A stretch of DNA of 63,116 nucleotides, filler included, from Bigelowiella natans CCMP2755 (GCA_000320545.1; 9 parts of 9 records of this genome joined end to end with filler, not necessarily neighbours in it), one strand, 5' to 3'; shown: positions 36,709 to 51,210, counted from the first letter of the whole stretch. Numbers and translations are program-made. Notes: generated from the sequence alone by a model not told the origin.

Positions 36709-37912
36709 TTGAAGATAACGATGAGACACCAGGAAAAGGAATTATGGTGGTGGGAGGTGATTTTCAAAGTGTGGGAAACGATGGAACTTCGAACGCAATG
36801 GCTGGCATTACTAACTACCCTCGTTTGCCTCCTCGTAAAGAGCTTGGCAGAGGCATCCCACCCTTTACTTCTTGGACATATGTTCAATATCCTGGGGGGA
36901 AATAAGATTAGTGGTAATAATGCTACACTAGACTCCATATCATCACATGGAAAACAGCAGGTACTACTACGTGTTTTGGCACAAGCATTCATGGAGCTTG
37001 CATAAGTCATACATGTTATTATCGGAGAGTATAGTGTGCTATCATTTGCAATAGCTCCATCCTGCAAATAACCTTTCTAAGTTGATATGTTTGTTCCTTA
37101 TTGCTTTGAAATGACAGGGGTTGGAAGCTTGCATGAATAAAACTTATCTTTTCGAATAGGTGGAAGAAGATGGAGAGCAGCCCAAAACAATATTACCGCG
37201 TTTGCTAGAACTTTGCTTCAATTGGATCCTTTCATTCGGCGATAACGGTGAGATGTGGAAATTGACCATTGGATGCTGTGAGACGATGATGATATTGACA
37301 ATGATGATCCCCATCTTACTACTCGTTGCATGTGATTTTATGACACCAACGGTGATAATCTGTTAGCCGCTGCAAACGATGATGCTGATGCTGCAGAGTA
37401 AGTCAAAGACTTTCGCCAACTCTTGATTGTCATTCTTATCTTCCTCCCTTCTTCTTCATCATCATCATCTTCTTCTTACATAGCTTACATATAAAAACCA
37501 ACAATTATTTCCTTCATTGTTAACTCTCATTTTTGTCTCTTCCATGTTTGTATGATATAGTATGAGCAGCAAGAGTAGCATAGCAATCATCGCAACGCTC
37601 TTCTTACTGGCGCTGGTAAGGTCGGCTGCTGACGGTATAAACATATATACTCACTCCATCGTACAAGATACAACGAGACTCAAGTTGAGAAAGGTGATGA
37701 TGATGACGATGATGATGATGATAGTTATGATGATGCTTTAGATCAATAAGTTGTTGCTGACTCTCGTCTTCTTCTTCTTTTTTCATTGATATCATCTTAA
37801 ACAATGGTACGTTAGGTCTTGTACAGACATCTTCTTTGTCAAGAAAAGGCCTACTTTGATCAACAAAGCTCCGCAAACGTGCAAAGAATTATAAGAGCTG
37901 ATGCTATCACGG

Positions 37913-37944
<32 letters not shown>

Positions 37945-39056
37945 CTTGTTAGAGGATGATTAGAATACGGTATCCCGTGCTAGAATATATGCAGCAATTT
38001 GCAGCAGTAGTAGTAGCAGCAGCAATATCAGTGCTGTCTGTCACATAAGCATGATTTTTCCTACTACCACCACTTACTTACACATATTCAGTGCATGGCT
38101 GTTTATCTTGAGACTTGATTTTAATTAATATACAAGAGGTGATTGGATGGCGCTTATTCTACCTAGTGGCTGATGCACTACAGCTCATAGTGTTTTTGGT
38201 CTACATGACGACCATTTCTGTCGAAATGACAATCATTAGTTTGATTTGTCTGCCATTATTGGTATTATTATCATTGAGACGACGATGTGAATCAAGAACA
38301 TCAAACATGATGATACTACTAATTATAATCGTTGCTATGAATTAAGGAAGTATTCACTACTGCCATATATATATATATTAACGAATGCACTACATGTGAC
38401 TACTAACTGAATCATGGGAAATCTAACGAGCGATGCTACACTAAAAGAACACCGGGAGAACTATCATCACTATCATCATCATCATCATCATCATCACTAT
38501 CTGCCTTTTATTTCATCTTGACCATCCAAGGTGGGGCTGTCGCAAAAATTCATCAATAGGCCTGTGAACAATCTCCAAAAGAAACAGAGAACATTACAGG
38601 TTAAAGCAGAGGCGATTGTAGGAGAGTCCATCAGGTACTAGTGTAGTTAAGTAGTAGTAGTAGTGGCACCAGCTTGCCCAGCTAATAACTAGAGTTGCTT
38701 GTCAGCTGTGAGTAGTAGTAGTAGTATTTGCTGGTGCTACTGCTTCTTAGTCGCTTGGTGACAGATACATCGTGATGCTGTTGTTTACATACTATAACAA
38801 GGCCATGCCATTATTCTTTTCTTTTCCTCCCGTTGTTGTTGTTACTGTTGTTGCTTCCACTGCTCAAATCGGAAGGCTAATTGAGACTGTGAAGGCTTTT
38901 TCTCGAGAAGATCGTCATCGGAACAAACACGAGAGCCAGCTAGATCATGTGCTTGGAATTGTCAAAGAGAAAAGTGCTCGTAAGGCAATCTGGGAAGGAG
39001 TGTCAAACATAATTCAGACGGCTATCTTCTGTGCAAGTCTTCTGTCCGTTATCATC

Positions 39057-39087
<31 letters not shown>

Positions 39088-39269
39088 TCATTGTACCCAA
39101 GTGTAGTAGTTATTACGAAGTTATTAGTTGTGATAAATTCATGCATGGAAACAACGGTGAAGAAGGAGCATGTAACCCATAAGGCTTTTGCGATGATGAT
39201 GCTGCTAACGAAAATTATTGTTCTTTTTAACTACAGGTGGGTGGTTACAAGTAGTGGCACGTATGGCTC

Positions 39270-39301
<32 letters not shown>

Positions 39302-39520
39302 CCTCCTTTCTCTTCCTTTCACCAGGAGCACTCACGTCATTCTTCCTCCTCTCACAGCAAATAAGGGGATCTGCAGCTAGAGTAAACATTCAATATCATT
39401 ATCATCAACAACAACAGCAACAACAACAATACCCATCAGCACACCACTACCTACTTAGTATAATGATGATCATCGTCTATGTGAAGAAAGGTTTTCGGGA
39501 TGTACTTGTAATCGGTATAT

Positions 39521-39560
<40 letters not shown>

Positions 39561-39595
39561 ACACACTGTCTTCTTGTAGTTAAGTTAAAGGTGGA
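36709..39595 (+). CDS. ABC transporter (ABCB/TAP-like) transmembrane domain; start uncertain, nucleotide-binding domain lost at the linker
   Basis: Exons LALLTTLVCLLVKSLAEASHPLLLGHMFN, LIVFLVYMTTISVEMTIISLICLPLL, QVKAEAIVGESIRLIETVKAFSRE and LSPGALTSFFLL match the ABC_membrane pattern. Confidence 0.82.
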
Positions 39596-39695
39596 NNNNN
39601 NNNNNNNNNNNNNNNNNNNNNNNNNNNNNNNNNNNNNNNTTAATTAATTAANNNNNNNNNNNNNNNNNNNNNNNNNNNNNNNNNNNNNNNNNNNN

Positions 39696-41144
39696 AACGA
39701 CACGAGCTCTGTCTCAAGATACCCCCCTCTCCCCTCGCCGCTGGTTGGGGTGATGATCATACCTAGGGTTTCTGTCATCGGGCCTATCTCTCTCCTGATC
39801 GTAAGGTTTTTCTTCGTCATTTCCCCTCCCATCGCTGTCGTCGCTTCTTCCAGACCCCCCTGCTGTGTCCCGGGGGGGGGCTTCTTGCCGAGAAGGATCT
39901 GAGAGCATCAGCATCAGAATAGTACCACAGATACACGATAACGAGGAAAAGAGACGGAGGGTAGGAAAAACCATGAGGCATGTCAAGGCGAAGAGAGAAG
40001 AAACGCTATCATTTCCACTCTGCCCTCCTTCTTCTCCATACATCCCTCCTCACTTTTCATCTGCCATTTACCACTAGCATCGAGCTGCTCTACCTTGTGG
40101 TCGCTTCGTTATTGTTAACCTCCTCCCACCATTATTCCTACGATCCCGGCTGCCGCCACCCCTATCGTCGCGGTGCCTGTGATCTCGATGATCTCGCCCT
40201 CCTCCTCCTCCTTCTCCTTCCCGTTCAGAACGACGGCTATCACTATCCCTTTTCCTATCTCTTTCATCCCTCTTACTACTGTCACGGTCCTCTCTCGACT
40301 CCCTTTCACTGTACCTTCAGTAGTAGTAGTAGTAGTAGTAGTAGTATAGTAGTCAATTGTGGTGCTCTCTTTAAGGGTGCGTGTGCTCGTGAGCGGAAGG
40401 AGGAGGAGGAGGAGGAGGAGGAGGAGGAGGAGGAGGAGGAGGAGGAGGAGGAGGAGGAGGAGTATACCATGAGTGCGAACAAATGCCGAGAGGTTCCTTT
40501 AGTACAAAATAATAGACGCATACTACCTTGAGCGCCGCTGTTTTCTCTTGAAAGAGTCACGGTCCCTAGTGCTTTCTCTCCTCGAATCCCTGTTCTCGCG
40601 CTCAGGAGAGTACCGCCGTCGACGATCACTCGAGTCTCTATTAGAGCTACGCTTGCGTTTCGATCTGCTATTGCTGCTCCCCGCCCTGCTCTCCGAGGGG
40701 GGTGGGGCGTTCTTCTCGATATATCGAAACAGATCGTCGGTGAAGTCATCAGTATCTGTAACGGATGTGATCATATCACTCAGCTATAACTGCATGATTT
40801 CATGAGGAAGAGGTAAATGTTTATATTGATCTGGCACATACCGTCCTTCAGGAATTCTCTAGCCTTCTCTTTGACAGTTTCCTTCAGCTTTTCGAGTGGG
40901 TCGCTCGATCGCCCTCCGAGTATTGCTATGACATACTGGGCAATGTGTTCGCACAGGTCCGACTCATCGACACTGATGAATATGAACACGTCATTTATTT
41001 TCTGTGCACCGTCATGAGGGGGATGCTAAAATTCAGATTCGCGAATGAAAATTTTCGCCTAAAAAATGCTCGTGGTTACATTTTCGGGAGCGCCTCCTTC
41101 TGTAGATGAACGCGCAAGGTACGAAGGAAGGCCTTATCCATCAT
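39696..41144 (-). CDS. PWI-domain, Arg/Ser/Asp-rich RNA-binding protein (RBM26/27-like), 3' truncated
   Basis: MMDKAFLRTLRVHLQKEALPKI|SVDESDLCEHIAQYVIAILGG...LKETVKEKAREFLKD|DTDDFTDDLFRYIE followed by RS/RD-rich exons. Confidence 0.75.
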
Positions 41145-41420
41145 AGCTGCACGGAGTCCTTCAGATTCGTGCCAGGAGTGTTACGCTAAAATGATGGTCC
41201 GCCTCCTGCGCCACCTTACTCCATTCACAGTGCTACTCAGATTATAACCCCAACATCACATATATAGATCGACGTTGATAATTTTATAAAGACACAAAAT
41301 TTCAATGTCGCATTATTCTTTATGGATCATTAGGCAGTATTTGAAAATCACGCTAACACCCCCAATCCACGGAGGGAATTGAAAGCAGGAGCGGAGAGCA
41401 AGATATGCTAACGAGTATCT

Positions 41421-41446
41421 TACGACATAAAATTAGGGATGTCGTA
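41421..41446. promoter_or_regulatory. Candidate palindromic promoter element TACGACA-N12-TGTCGTA in a divergent promoter
   Basis: Lies between two divergently transcribed genes, with the same spacing as 30390-30415. Confidence 0.45.
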
Positions 41447-41644
41447 GGACTAATTCGAGTTGGAAATGACGCGATTGAAAAGAAGTTTACAGCTGAGCTT
41501 GTAAAGCATGCGCATAGTGGCTTCATTGAGAGAGAATGGCGTTGTCGCTGACATCAAAACTCAGTCTAATTACCTACGCACTCAAAGAACAAGTACGCAC
41601 ATTTCCGTAGTCACAAATACATCGACTGTATAGCGTAATATAGT

Positions 41645-44600
41645 ATGTTGTATCAGAGGCTGTTGGCGATGCTGAACCTGCGGATTCCAGTACAGGAAGT
41701 GAAAATTTCTCTATTATCCGGGATATATCGGTATTTTTTTGATTTATCGAAATAATCTCTCGGATTCAAGGTTTCGGAAGGCAAGTTGCTGCCGCTCCTG
41801 CAGCAGTTGCGGCGCCAGGGGGGGGAGGTCTGTCCATGCTGGTGCTGTGGGCTTGTCTGAGCCTCTTCTCGACACCCCCTCACCCGTACTATCGACGCCA
41901 AACCCACGAATCGCTCACAGGCAGTTATAGGTAAGTGTGCTAAACCGAGTGGGCTGCTCGGCCCGAGAGATAGATAAAAAGAAGAGCTTCGTGATTGATG
42001 ATGACGAATCCCCAATCTTGAAAGATTCCTATCTTTCAATAGTGTGCAACACTGTGGAACTGTGAGACCAAACAACTATGCAATTTCTCCGAATCCGTAC
42101 ACGGGTGAATAGTGAAAGAACACATAACTAAATATGAATGATTGTAAAGGGGTGACAACAGCAGAAGTGCCAGGAAGGATCGCAGCTCTCGATTTCGTAC
42201 TGTGCATCCAACTGTTGGAAATGTGCGATTGCTTCGAGGAGGGTAAAATCAAGATTATCGATGCACCAAAATGGACGCCCACGTGACATAATGCTCCGCA
42301 AATCAACATATAGGTTTGGGACGATGACGAGAGAAGAGGCAAACAAAATCCGCGAGAAGTTGGGTCTTGGCTCGTTGGATGATGAAGTGACACCGAAAAG
42401 CGCTGTCGAGCGTTTTAATCGTCCTGGAGGATCTGCTGCTCGGCCTATTTTGGCAAAAATAGAGCCGTTCTACAAGTAAAGAAACAACCATTTGCAACTG
42501 TACTTGCGAGGACACGCTTAATGTGTATGCATAGAATTGTTGGGAGAGAGGAAAATATATTCTCCGTAAAGGCACATAAGCAACGATGTACAAAGACAAT
42601 GGCCTCTGACGCTGAATAACCTTATTTAGATACAAAGAGAACAAGTTTGGGGAGAAGGTTCCTTTGGACAGTGGAGAGGCAGATATGGGCGAGAAGTTAC
42701 GAAAGTTGAAGTCGAAATTTGGGCTGTTTGACGGCAACGATGATGACGATGATGGTGTCAAAGATGCAGAGGATGGAGAGGATGGTAAAAGTCCAAAGGA
42801 TGGTAAGTAAACATGCACACCATACAACTGTGTGTTTTTTTATTTGTACATGTTTGTGGGTGTGTGTGTGTGTTTTGCATGTGTTTTCATTTCGTAGCAT
42901 ATGCAATGCGGATATCCTATGTTCAATTTATTGCAGATCTCCCACAACCCAAGGACGAAGATGATGATGATGATGATGACGAGGAGGAGGAACAGCAGGG
43001 TGAGCCATAACAGTGCCGACATTAAAACGTCCTCTCCTCATAAGAATGAATCAAACGCCGATGTTTCCAGACGAAGAAGAGGAAGAGGAGGACTCTGATG
43101 CCCCGCTTTTCTTCGAGGAGGATAAAGACCCATTTGCCTTCAGATTACCTCACGAAGAGCAAACTGGTGAGTGCGAGCAAACGCGTGGTGAATGACAGAT
43201 CGTCGCGCGTTTCACACGAAATGGCTATTGCTTTCCTTATTTCTTGCAGAATGGCCGCCAATCCTGCGAGGCTTCGTAGGAAGCTCAGCTTCCATGGTCT
43301 CGAAAGCGAAAGACGACCTCACCGACTTTCTCGGACATACTCAATTTGACAATTTCCGGCACGAAAATGTCCTCGAGGCCTGGAAGATCTTTTTAGAGTC
43401 AGACAATGAGGGCAGTGAGGGGGGGAGGGTGGGGGAGGGTGACGTTAAGGAAGGAGAAGCATAAAATTCTAATGTAGTTTCTAGTAAGGGCGGCTGATAA
43501 CATTCATTTCTTTGATATTTTGGGTTGCAACCTATCTCCCCCGTCTCTTCTTCAAAACCGTTCTTTTTCTTCTCATTGTCCTCTTCTCGCTATTTTCATA
43601 CGCCGTTAGGGTTGTGGTGCCGCACCTTGCATCATCCGATGCGATCTACGCTGCTAAATCTGCGTACGTGGCTTTTAGTGCGTGCATGCTTGCTTGTATG
43701 CCGTGCATGCATGTGCTCGTGTCACTAGAATCTGCTGTACACAATACGAATCAAGCGTATCACCCTTAACTGAACTACAGCTCTTTCTGCCTTTCATAAA
43801 TCCACTTCCTCAAAACGATGAAGGCATCCAAAAGTATATTCTCGTTAATATGGCTATTTCCCCCCTCCCTCTTCCGTGTGCCTGTCTTTCCGTAAAGCTA
43901 TTGGCGAGAGGGGGTTTCGCCAAGTGCGACAGGTGTTGGGGAAAAAGCCTATGACGTTGAAGATGATAAACAGCTTCAAGAATTTGATGTCGCATTTCAT
44001 CTGGAATATCGTGATGAGGTCGTTATATCGGATATCTCATGACGGCGCTAATGTAAGATCAAGCTTTGAGACTACTAGTAGGAGTAGTAGAGTAATAGGC
44101 ATTCAAACAAGTAGCAAAAGGAGAATTAGATTCTCGAGAAACAGTTCTTCAGTCAGAGTTGTCGCTATTGTAGCTGAAAGCATGCGAATAACGTCATCGT
44201 CCTCGTCATCATCATGCTCATCGTGGCAATCTTCTCCCTCTCCATAGAGACAGACGCTATTTCTTATCATCCTCGCAATTTTCACACCCTCCAGGCGGCT
44301 GAGATGGCAGTGGATGTGTTCGTGGAGCTCTGCAAATCGAAGAAGCTCAGGAGTAAGTAGATGTTGTTGGTGCTGCCACCCGGCCATTTTAGACATGCAA
44401 AAACTGCAAGTAGTTTCGCGCCGCCATCCTCTCCCGACTATCGACGCGTTTGTATCATTCAAAAGTAAAGATGAGCGTACGTGTTGCATCGGCTGCCGTA
44501 TACAGAAAGTGCCCCTGTTCTGAGAAAGGGCGACAACGCCCCTCCCGACATTGACGACGAGGACACGAGGCGGAATCTAGGCCGCGACCGATCTTACAAT

Positions 44601-44784
44601 ATCAGCATCGAAGCAGCCTTCCAGAAGGTTGCTCCTGAGAGAGTTTCGCAGCTGGTAAAGGAGAGGTTCAAAGAGAGCGAGGATGATTCCGAAGGCGAGG
44701 GGGGGGGGAAGCAGGTCCTTCGGAGCCTGGATGAGATGAAAGATATCGAGAAGAAATACGGGTGGGTCGTCAAGATTGATTAAG

Positions 44785-44855
<71 letters not shown>

Positions 44856-45586
44856 GGTGTTTGTGAGTACATTATGTATGGTGTTGCCCTAAAATGCGTG
44901 ACAGATGATAATTATATATATTGTTTTAATTAAATCCCCTTTATATCACGTCTCCTTCTCTATGATAGCATCCAGCTGGAGCGTCCCAAAGTCGATGAGA
45001 ATTGGTAAATCTCCGTTTCCAAAGCACAACGAATCACCATCTACGAGAGAATACTCAACCAAAAAAACCCGCGACGTGACGATACCTTGCTATTTCGATA
45101 GTTAATAAAATACAAATTGCAGGGCGGAGCAACAAGAAGAAAGGAACGAGCAGCAAGAGCCGCGACAACAAGAAAAAGGCGTGATAAAGTCGCTCAGGGA
45201 GGCCATTGAACGTGGCGGACAACCCTCCAAAATGCCAAAGTTGTCATTTTTGCTTGGCAGCCGCGCTTCTTTCTCATGGAACTGCCCTTGTCCATCAATT
45301 GGTGTTCTTCGGGCGAGGCAGCTTATTGGCTGTGGGAAGGGACGATGATGATGATGATGATGATGATGATGTCGATGATGACACACAATGAGCAAATGCA
45401 TTGTGCTCTCTCTTCTTTGTGTGTGTACGCAAGAGATGCCGTGTTTTAAGCATCGAGAATAGCCCATGATGGTGACGCTCACAACGCAAACATACACCAA
45501 GATCTCACCCCCCCCCTCCCTTGCCTCCCGCCCTCAGACTGAGAGACCTAGACATTTATGCCGGATGGCGGTAGACGGCAACGCAA
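41645..45586 (+). CDS. Unidentified multi-exon acidic protein with a signal-peptide plus transit-peptide-like leader (possibly plastid-targeted); 3' truncated
   Basis: Leader ...GLSMLVLWACLSLFSTPPHPYYRRQ followed by an Arg/Ser-rich segment, then acidic exons and helical exons with consistent GT-AG boundaries. Confidence 0.55.
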
Positions 45587-45686
45587 NNNNNNNNNNNNNN
45601 NNNNNNNNNNNNNNNNNNNNNNNNNNNNNNTTAATTAATTAANNNNNNNNNNNNNNNNNNNNNNNNNNNNNNNNNNNNNNNNNNNN

Positions 45687-45969
45687 GGGGGGGGGGGGGG
45701 CTCTTCATCATCGCCTCCCTCCCCCGCAGGGAATGTACACCCACCCGCCCCCTAGGTATCATCCACAATACACGCGGTCCGTCCCACCGCCGCAAAAGCA
45801 GAAGCACCTCCACCAGCAGAAGGGGCACCCATAGGGGGGGGGAACCGCATATTTTCCTCCTGCCCCCCCCCCCCCCCCCGGGATGATGCCTGGAACGTCG
45901 ACGTTTCCGCCGCCGCCACAGGGACCGCCGCCAAACCAGCAAGCCCCCCCCCCTCCCGGTCACAACTGA
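45687..45969 (+). CDS. Pro-rich C-terminal fragment of an unidentified gene (low-quality contig edge)
   Basis: ...GMMPGTSTFPPPPQGPPPNQQAPPPPGHN-stop. Homopolymer runs disturb the frame. Confidence 0.3.
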
Positions 45970-46029
45970 TCAATGCAATACGGGCAGATTGATCGAGGGG
46001 AGATGCCAGGTATGAAATTTTACACATAG

Positions 46030-46088
<59 letters not shown>

Positions 46089-46199
46089 CATTTATCTTTA
46101 CATGTAATTGAACGAAAAGCTTTCTTTTCTTAAAAGCCTGAATTGAATAAGCTGCTCTGTACATAGGGCGTCTTACACTAAGCAGCGATGGAGTTAGGA

Positions 46200-46800
46200 T
46201 TTATTTCTTTGCGTGTTACCGTATACTTGAGGCGCTCTCATTGGAATTCGGCTCATTGTCGGTCCTAGCTTGCTAGTTGTCTATATCCATCCGAGTAGTT
46301 GCAAAGATGGCAGTACATTATTTTCCACTGAGGTTCGATTGTTATCAGTCGCAAATATGCATTTTGCAGCGAGGTCGTCTGTTCGCGTACGTTCTATTGT
46401 ACATTGAGATGAACACAAGATAGCGATGGCAGCAACAGAGATATAAGCTAGATAAGCGCTAATGTGAATGCCTGCCTGCGGCCATGCATCTTCTAGTTGA
46501 TCGTGTCAGTGCTGCTGTGATGTTGCACGTACTCAAGCAGTAGCATGCTATAGCATATACGCCTTCCACAAAGTTTTTGCATTCCCTGCACCAATCCACC
46601 ATCATACACCTGCGTATCGTATATGTTGTTTAGGCGTGATAGCTAGCGAGGCGTCTGTGTAACAACCAGTCTAACAGTAGATATGTCATGTATGCGTAGG
46701 CAACTAAGCGCGCGCACTTCGATCTGCCGGCTGCTAGCTTATGTGACGTAGCACTCCGCGCATCATTTTTCCTGCATTACAATTGCTTGTTGCGTTATTA
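46200..46800. other. Milder CTAG/GCTAGC-containing intergenic island F between convergent genes
   Basis: About 6 CTAG and many alternating purine-pyrimidine words. TA is only partly depleted. Confidence 0.45.
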
Positions 46801-47010
46801 CCGTATTCTGCCCCGTGTTATTTCATATCAAATTGCATCATACCACGCTACGGCCAATAGTGGTATACACTCCAGACCTTGAGGCCTACGGCGAGCAGGT
46901 GATATGGCACCCTGTCCGATGGCATCTTCAGCTAAGCGACAGGGCGATTATACTGCTGTTTTGTCTGTATTCGGCGCAAGGCAAAGCAAATAGCAGGACT
47001 ATGGACGAGT

Positions 47011-48068
47011 CTAAAGTTTATGGTACGCCATGTACTGGTCGCCGCTCGGACATGGGACATTCAGGCCTACGGAAGAAGAGCACAGTACGTCATCGTCAGC
47101 AGACAACACACGGCACGGAATCGCACATCTATATCACAGGTCCCAAGAAAGTCCATTCCGAACGACCACAACTACATGAACAATAGCGGTGCGTAGCGAC
47201 AGTATGTGGTCGTCGAGGCCGCGAACTGCTGCGGATGCGGAGCCAAAGTGGGAAAGCTCATGCAGAGAATTTGTTGTCCGACCCGTACAGTGCACCACAC
47301 CATCACCACCGCCGCCATAATCATCATCATCATCATCATCATCTTTACCACCACCAGTGCATGCATGCATGCATGCATGTCGCACACTACCTAGCGAGTG
47401 AATAGCAGGGCACTTGTACTCATTATGGTACTCCAGGATTATCGTCTGTGCAGCACATAGCCAGCAGTGAAAAACAATATCAGAGGCTCGTTCAATCGTC
47501 GACGACGGCGCAGCGCACTACAACAACTACTACTACAACAACTACTACCACCACTACTACGCCACTACCGCCTACCACTACCCCCACATCCAACCTCTCT
47601 CATCTTGTTGCCGAAGGGAGAGCCTCTGTGGATCGCGTTCGTATCGAAGATGAAGCCCCCTCCCCTGAGAAAGAACGAGGCGCTATGTCAATAAGGGCGG
47701 CTGCGCGAGGAGTCATGGAAGGATGGAGATGGTGGTTGCTGCTGCTGCCTTTTTAAAGCTGCACTGAACAGCAGTTGTAATAGCAGAATGCCCTATCGTC
47801 GTTCCCTCCCTCCCTCCCCCCCCCCCCCCCCCCCTCCCTCCTCCATGCATACCTGGGTCCTCCGAGCTGGTGGATGTCAAAATTCTTCTGTACGTACTCA
47901 TTGTCGTATCTTTCAGCATGCAAGCAACACACAGGACCGCAACGGTGACGTTAGGATGTGTCGCCTCTTCATTGTTGTTATTGTTGTGGTTGTTTATGTT
48001 GTTGATGTCTGCATTACGCGAGAGACGGCTGCACTACGAGGCATAGGTTCTCCCACCGCCATCCTCAT

Positions 48069-48106
<38 letters not shown>

Positions 48107-48517
48107 AGACGCTTGCACATCCTAGCTGTTTGTTTCGTCGCTACTACTACTACTACTACTACCTGCTGGTGAAGTAGTCTTCAAAGTGCCAGTACACAAG
48201 GTTGTGGGTGCGGTTGGCCACCTGCGCAGAACGAGGTCGGAAGGATTGGAAATACAAATGGTTAGGAGGACAATAATAATAATAATAATGATAATAATAA
48301 CAATAATCATAATAGCGGAAGTAAAGAAAAGGATTCGTCGTCGCCGATTTGATTTGTGTCCTTGTGAAAAATGGTACTGTGAGTGGTGGTCATTTTCTGA
48401 ATTATGTACTTCCGTTGGCCTTCCGCCGAAGTTCTCCACGTCGTGGAGAAAGATGAACAGTTTCAGCCTGCGCCCCGCCCTGGGAGAAGACAAGCACGCA
48501 CGCATAGATAAACATGT

Positions 48518-48556
<39 letters not shown>

Positions 48557-49223
48557 ATGCTAAATAATAGATAGTAGCGCAAACGAGACGGAGTACAGGG
48601 CATCCTCGGCATCACTCAATGATGATACTCGTCCCCCTGAGTATCGCTGACGCCCCATCCGCATATCACAGCTACTTTCCTTCATCAAGTAAGCAGCAGC
48701 AGCAGCAGCAGCAGAGGAGAGCGAGGCGTTTGCTGCTGCTCACCTATCGTGATGCCAATCTGCAGCAATGTAGTTATCCGCGCCCTGCAGCCGCTTCGAC
48801 AGCCTGCGGAAAGAAAGAAGCAGAGAAGAAGAATACGAAGAAAAAGAAGAAGACATCCCAGTCTTAAGAATGAAGGAAGGGGAAGAGGAGGAGGAGGAGG
48901 AGCATGAAGCAATATACTCCTTCAGGCAGCACCTGAGAATCTTGTAGCCGTGCAGGACGGAATCCTGGCCGAGGTAAGCGCGAATGGCCGCATTTACCTG
49001 ATATTATCACCAAAACGAATGAGAACGAGAGAGTAAGGCGCGTGTTTCAATTCAGCATCACTACTGATACCACAACTGCTATTAAGTCCCTGCTGCTGCT
49101 GCTGCTGCTGCTGCTATACTGACCGTCTCGTTGTTCAAAAGGGCGTCCAGGGCTGGGACATGGGGGCGCGCCATTATCACTGCTCCATCGTCGAGAACCA
49201 CCTTTTTTTCAGAGACACGTACA

Positions 49224-49255
<32 letters not shown>

Positions 49256-49365
49256 GCGCCGTGTATTAATGTGGTGTATACGTCCAATCTAGCGACGTGA
49301 CACATGGCCAGCAGTAATGGACAACAAACCGTGACGTTCTTCTGTTCCCTCTGCGACAAGGCCCA
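47011..49365 (-). CDS. PhyH-like 2-oxoglutarate/Fe(II) dioxygenase (5' truncated)
   Basis: Spliced: AIRAYLGQDSVLHGYKILR|LSKRLQGADNYIAADWHHDR|AGRRLKLFIFLHDVENFGGRPTE|VANRTH...|...GGPR|GGGFIFDTNAIHRG...|TIILEY...-stop. Has the HxD...H metal triad and the distal Arg region. Confidence 0.85.
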
Positions 49366-49512
49366 NNNNNNNNNNNNNNNNNNNNNNNNNNNNNNNNNNN
49401 NNNNNNNNNTTAATTAATTAANNNNNNNNNNNNNNNNNNNNNNNNNNNNNNNNNNNNNNNNNNNNCACACCACCCCTTCTGCTGATGTTACTACTGCTTA
49501 CTAATGCCCCCC

Positions 49513-49550
<38 letters not shown>

Positions 49551-49610
49551 TCTCTCCCTCTCTCTCTCTCCCTCTTGTGTCGTTCTCATGTATCATCGCC
49601 TTTCGTGTAG

Positions 49611-50262
49611 AATCTTCTCGACGAGGACGAATACGTATGTGCTACGAGCATTTATCTATCGAGGTTGGTTGACTCACTCATCTCTTAACCACTGCAAATC
49701 CCCAATACATGCAGCAGCGGCTATTCCCTCTGCGCTTGCCATTCCTCTACCTGTTCTTCTATCAAACATCTATCACACGAGGCAGCAGAAATTGCAGGGG
49801 AGATAGGGGGGAAGAGAATAGAGAGAGGGGGGGGGGGGTAGGAGGAAAGCCACGACGTCGCCACACAACACCACAGGTGGGATATGCGGGAACGACCTCA
49901 AGAGATCCATAAATCCTGTGCTGGTTTTGAGGTAGTAACAATACTAGTAAATCAGTAGTGTGCATCATACAAATTCAACCCCTGCCCCCCCCCCCCGTTA
50001 CACTCTCTTCATTCTTCCATCATTAGGGGCATCATCACCACCATCTTTCCTCCTTCCTAAGCTGGAAAGAACAGTGCTGACCTTTTATCCCAAACGTGAT
50101 CGCTGGCGCGCTAGTGATGGGGTGCACGCGAGGAACATGCTGTTCCCCGTCTTTTAGGCGATGCAGGTCCAGAAAAACCAAAGCGGAAATGGGGGAGGGG
50201 GGGGGATCGAAGTTTCTTACCTTCCAATGAACATGTTGCTTATCTGTGTCTCTACGCACCAT

Positions 50263-50302
<40 letters not shown>

Positions 50303-50467
50303 TGTTTTTTAATGTATTGCTTCCATGATCACCATCATCATCCCCAAATATCATCTTCATGGTGCACAGGAATCCGATGGGCTGAAACTTGACCCCGTCC
50401 TATCCGAGTCTCTTTATCTATACCTCTACGATGAGGCAATGGCGGGCAGGAGAACGCTGATTGGCAG
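49611..50467 (+). CDS. Internal exons of an unidentified gene, possibly C2-domain-containing
   Basis: Exons NLLDEDEYVCATSIYLSR and DPVLSESLYLYLYDEAMAGRRTLIGR resemble C2-domain strands. Weak evidence. Confidence 0.3.
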
Positions 50468-51170
50468 GTAGCATCAGAGCACAGCATTCTTCAATCATCA
50501 ACACGAAAGCAGTGGCCTTGAAGAGCAAACGATTCTCATGGCTAATTGTTGGGGGGGGGGGGGGGGGGGGGGTTGTATTCTACCCCTGGTGTTTAAGGTG
50601 CTAAAGTTGCAATGTCTCCTTCCCTAAAAATACGGGGAAGGGTTCCCTCGAATCCTTTCTTTTCAGGAAAGGGTTTTCCCCCCCTTCCGGGGATGTTGTA
50701 GAAGAAAATCACCAAAACTGTTCTTGCACGGCCACTCGAATTTTATATTACCCTACGCTGTTATTTAAAAGGAAAAGGGGGCGTTTCCAACACTTTAAAG
50801 TGCTACTGACAACTGTCGACTCCGCTAGACCAGTACCGTTCGTGGATGTTACTTTTGAGGACTCAAGAAATTCTTTTATGCTCATAAAAGGAAGTTTGGA
50901 CTCCTCTTTGGGATCTATCCAACCTGGTACCTCGCTGTTGCTACACTTGTGATCGCACAGCAACAGCTTCGTTCCCTTTTACCGTTTCTTTCGAGGACAA
51001 GACTCGATTTGTATTGATCTTTGGAAGACGATGATGAGGAAATGCATTGAATATTGCCAAATGCCCTTTGNNNNNNNNNNNNNNNNNNNNNNNNNNNNNN
51101 NNNNNNNNNNNNNNTTAATTAATTAANNNNNNNNNNNNNNNNNNNNNNNNNNNNNNNNNNNNNNNNNNNN

Positions 51171-51210
<40 letters not shown>

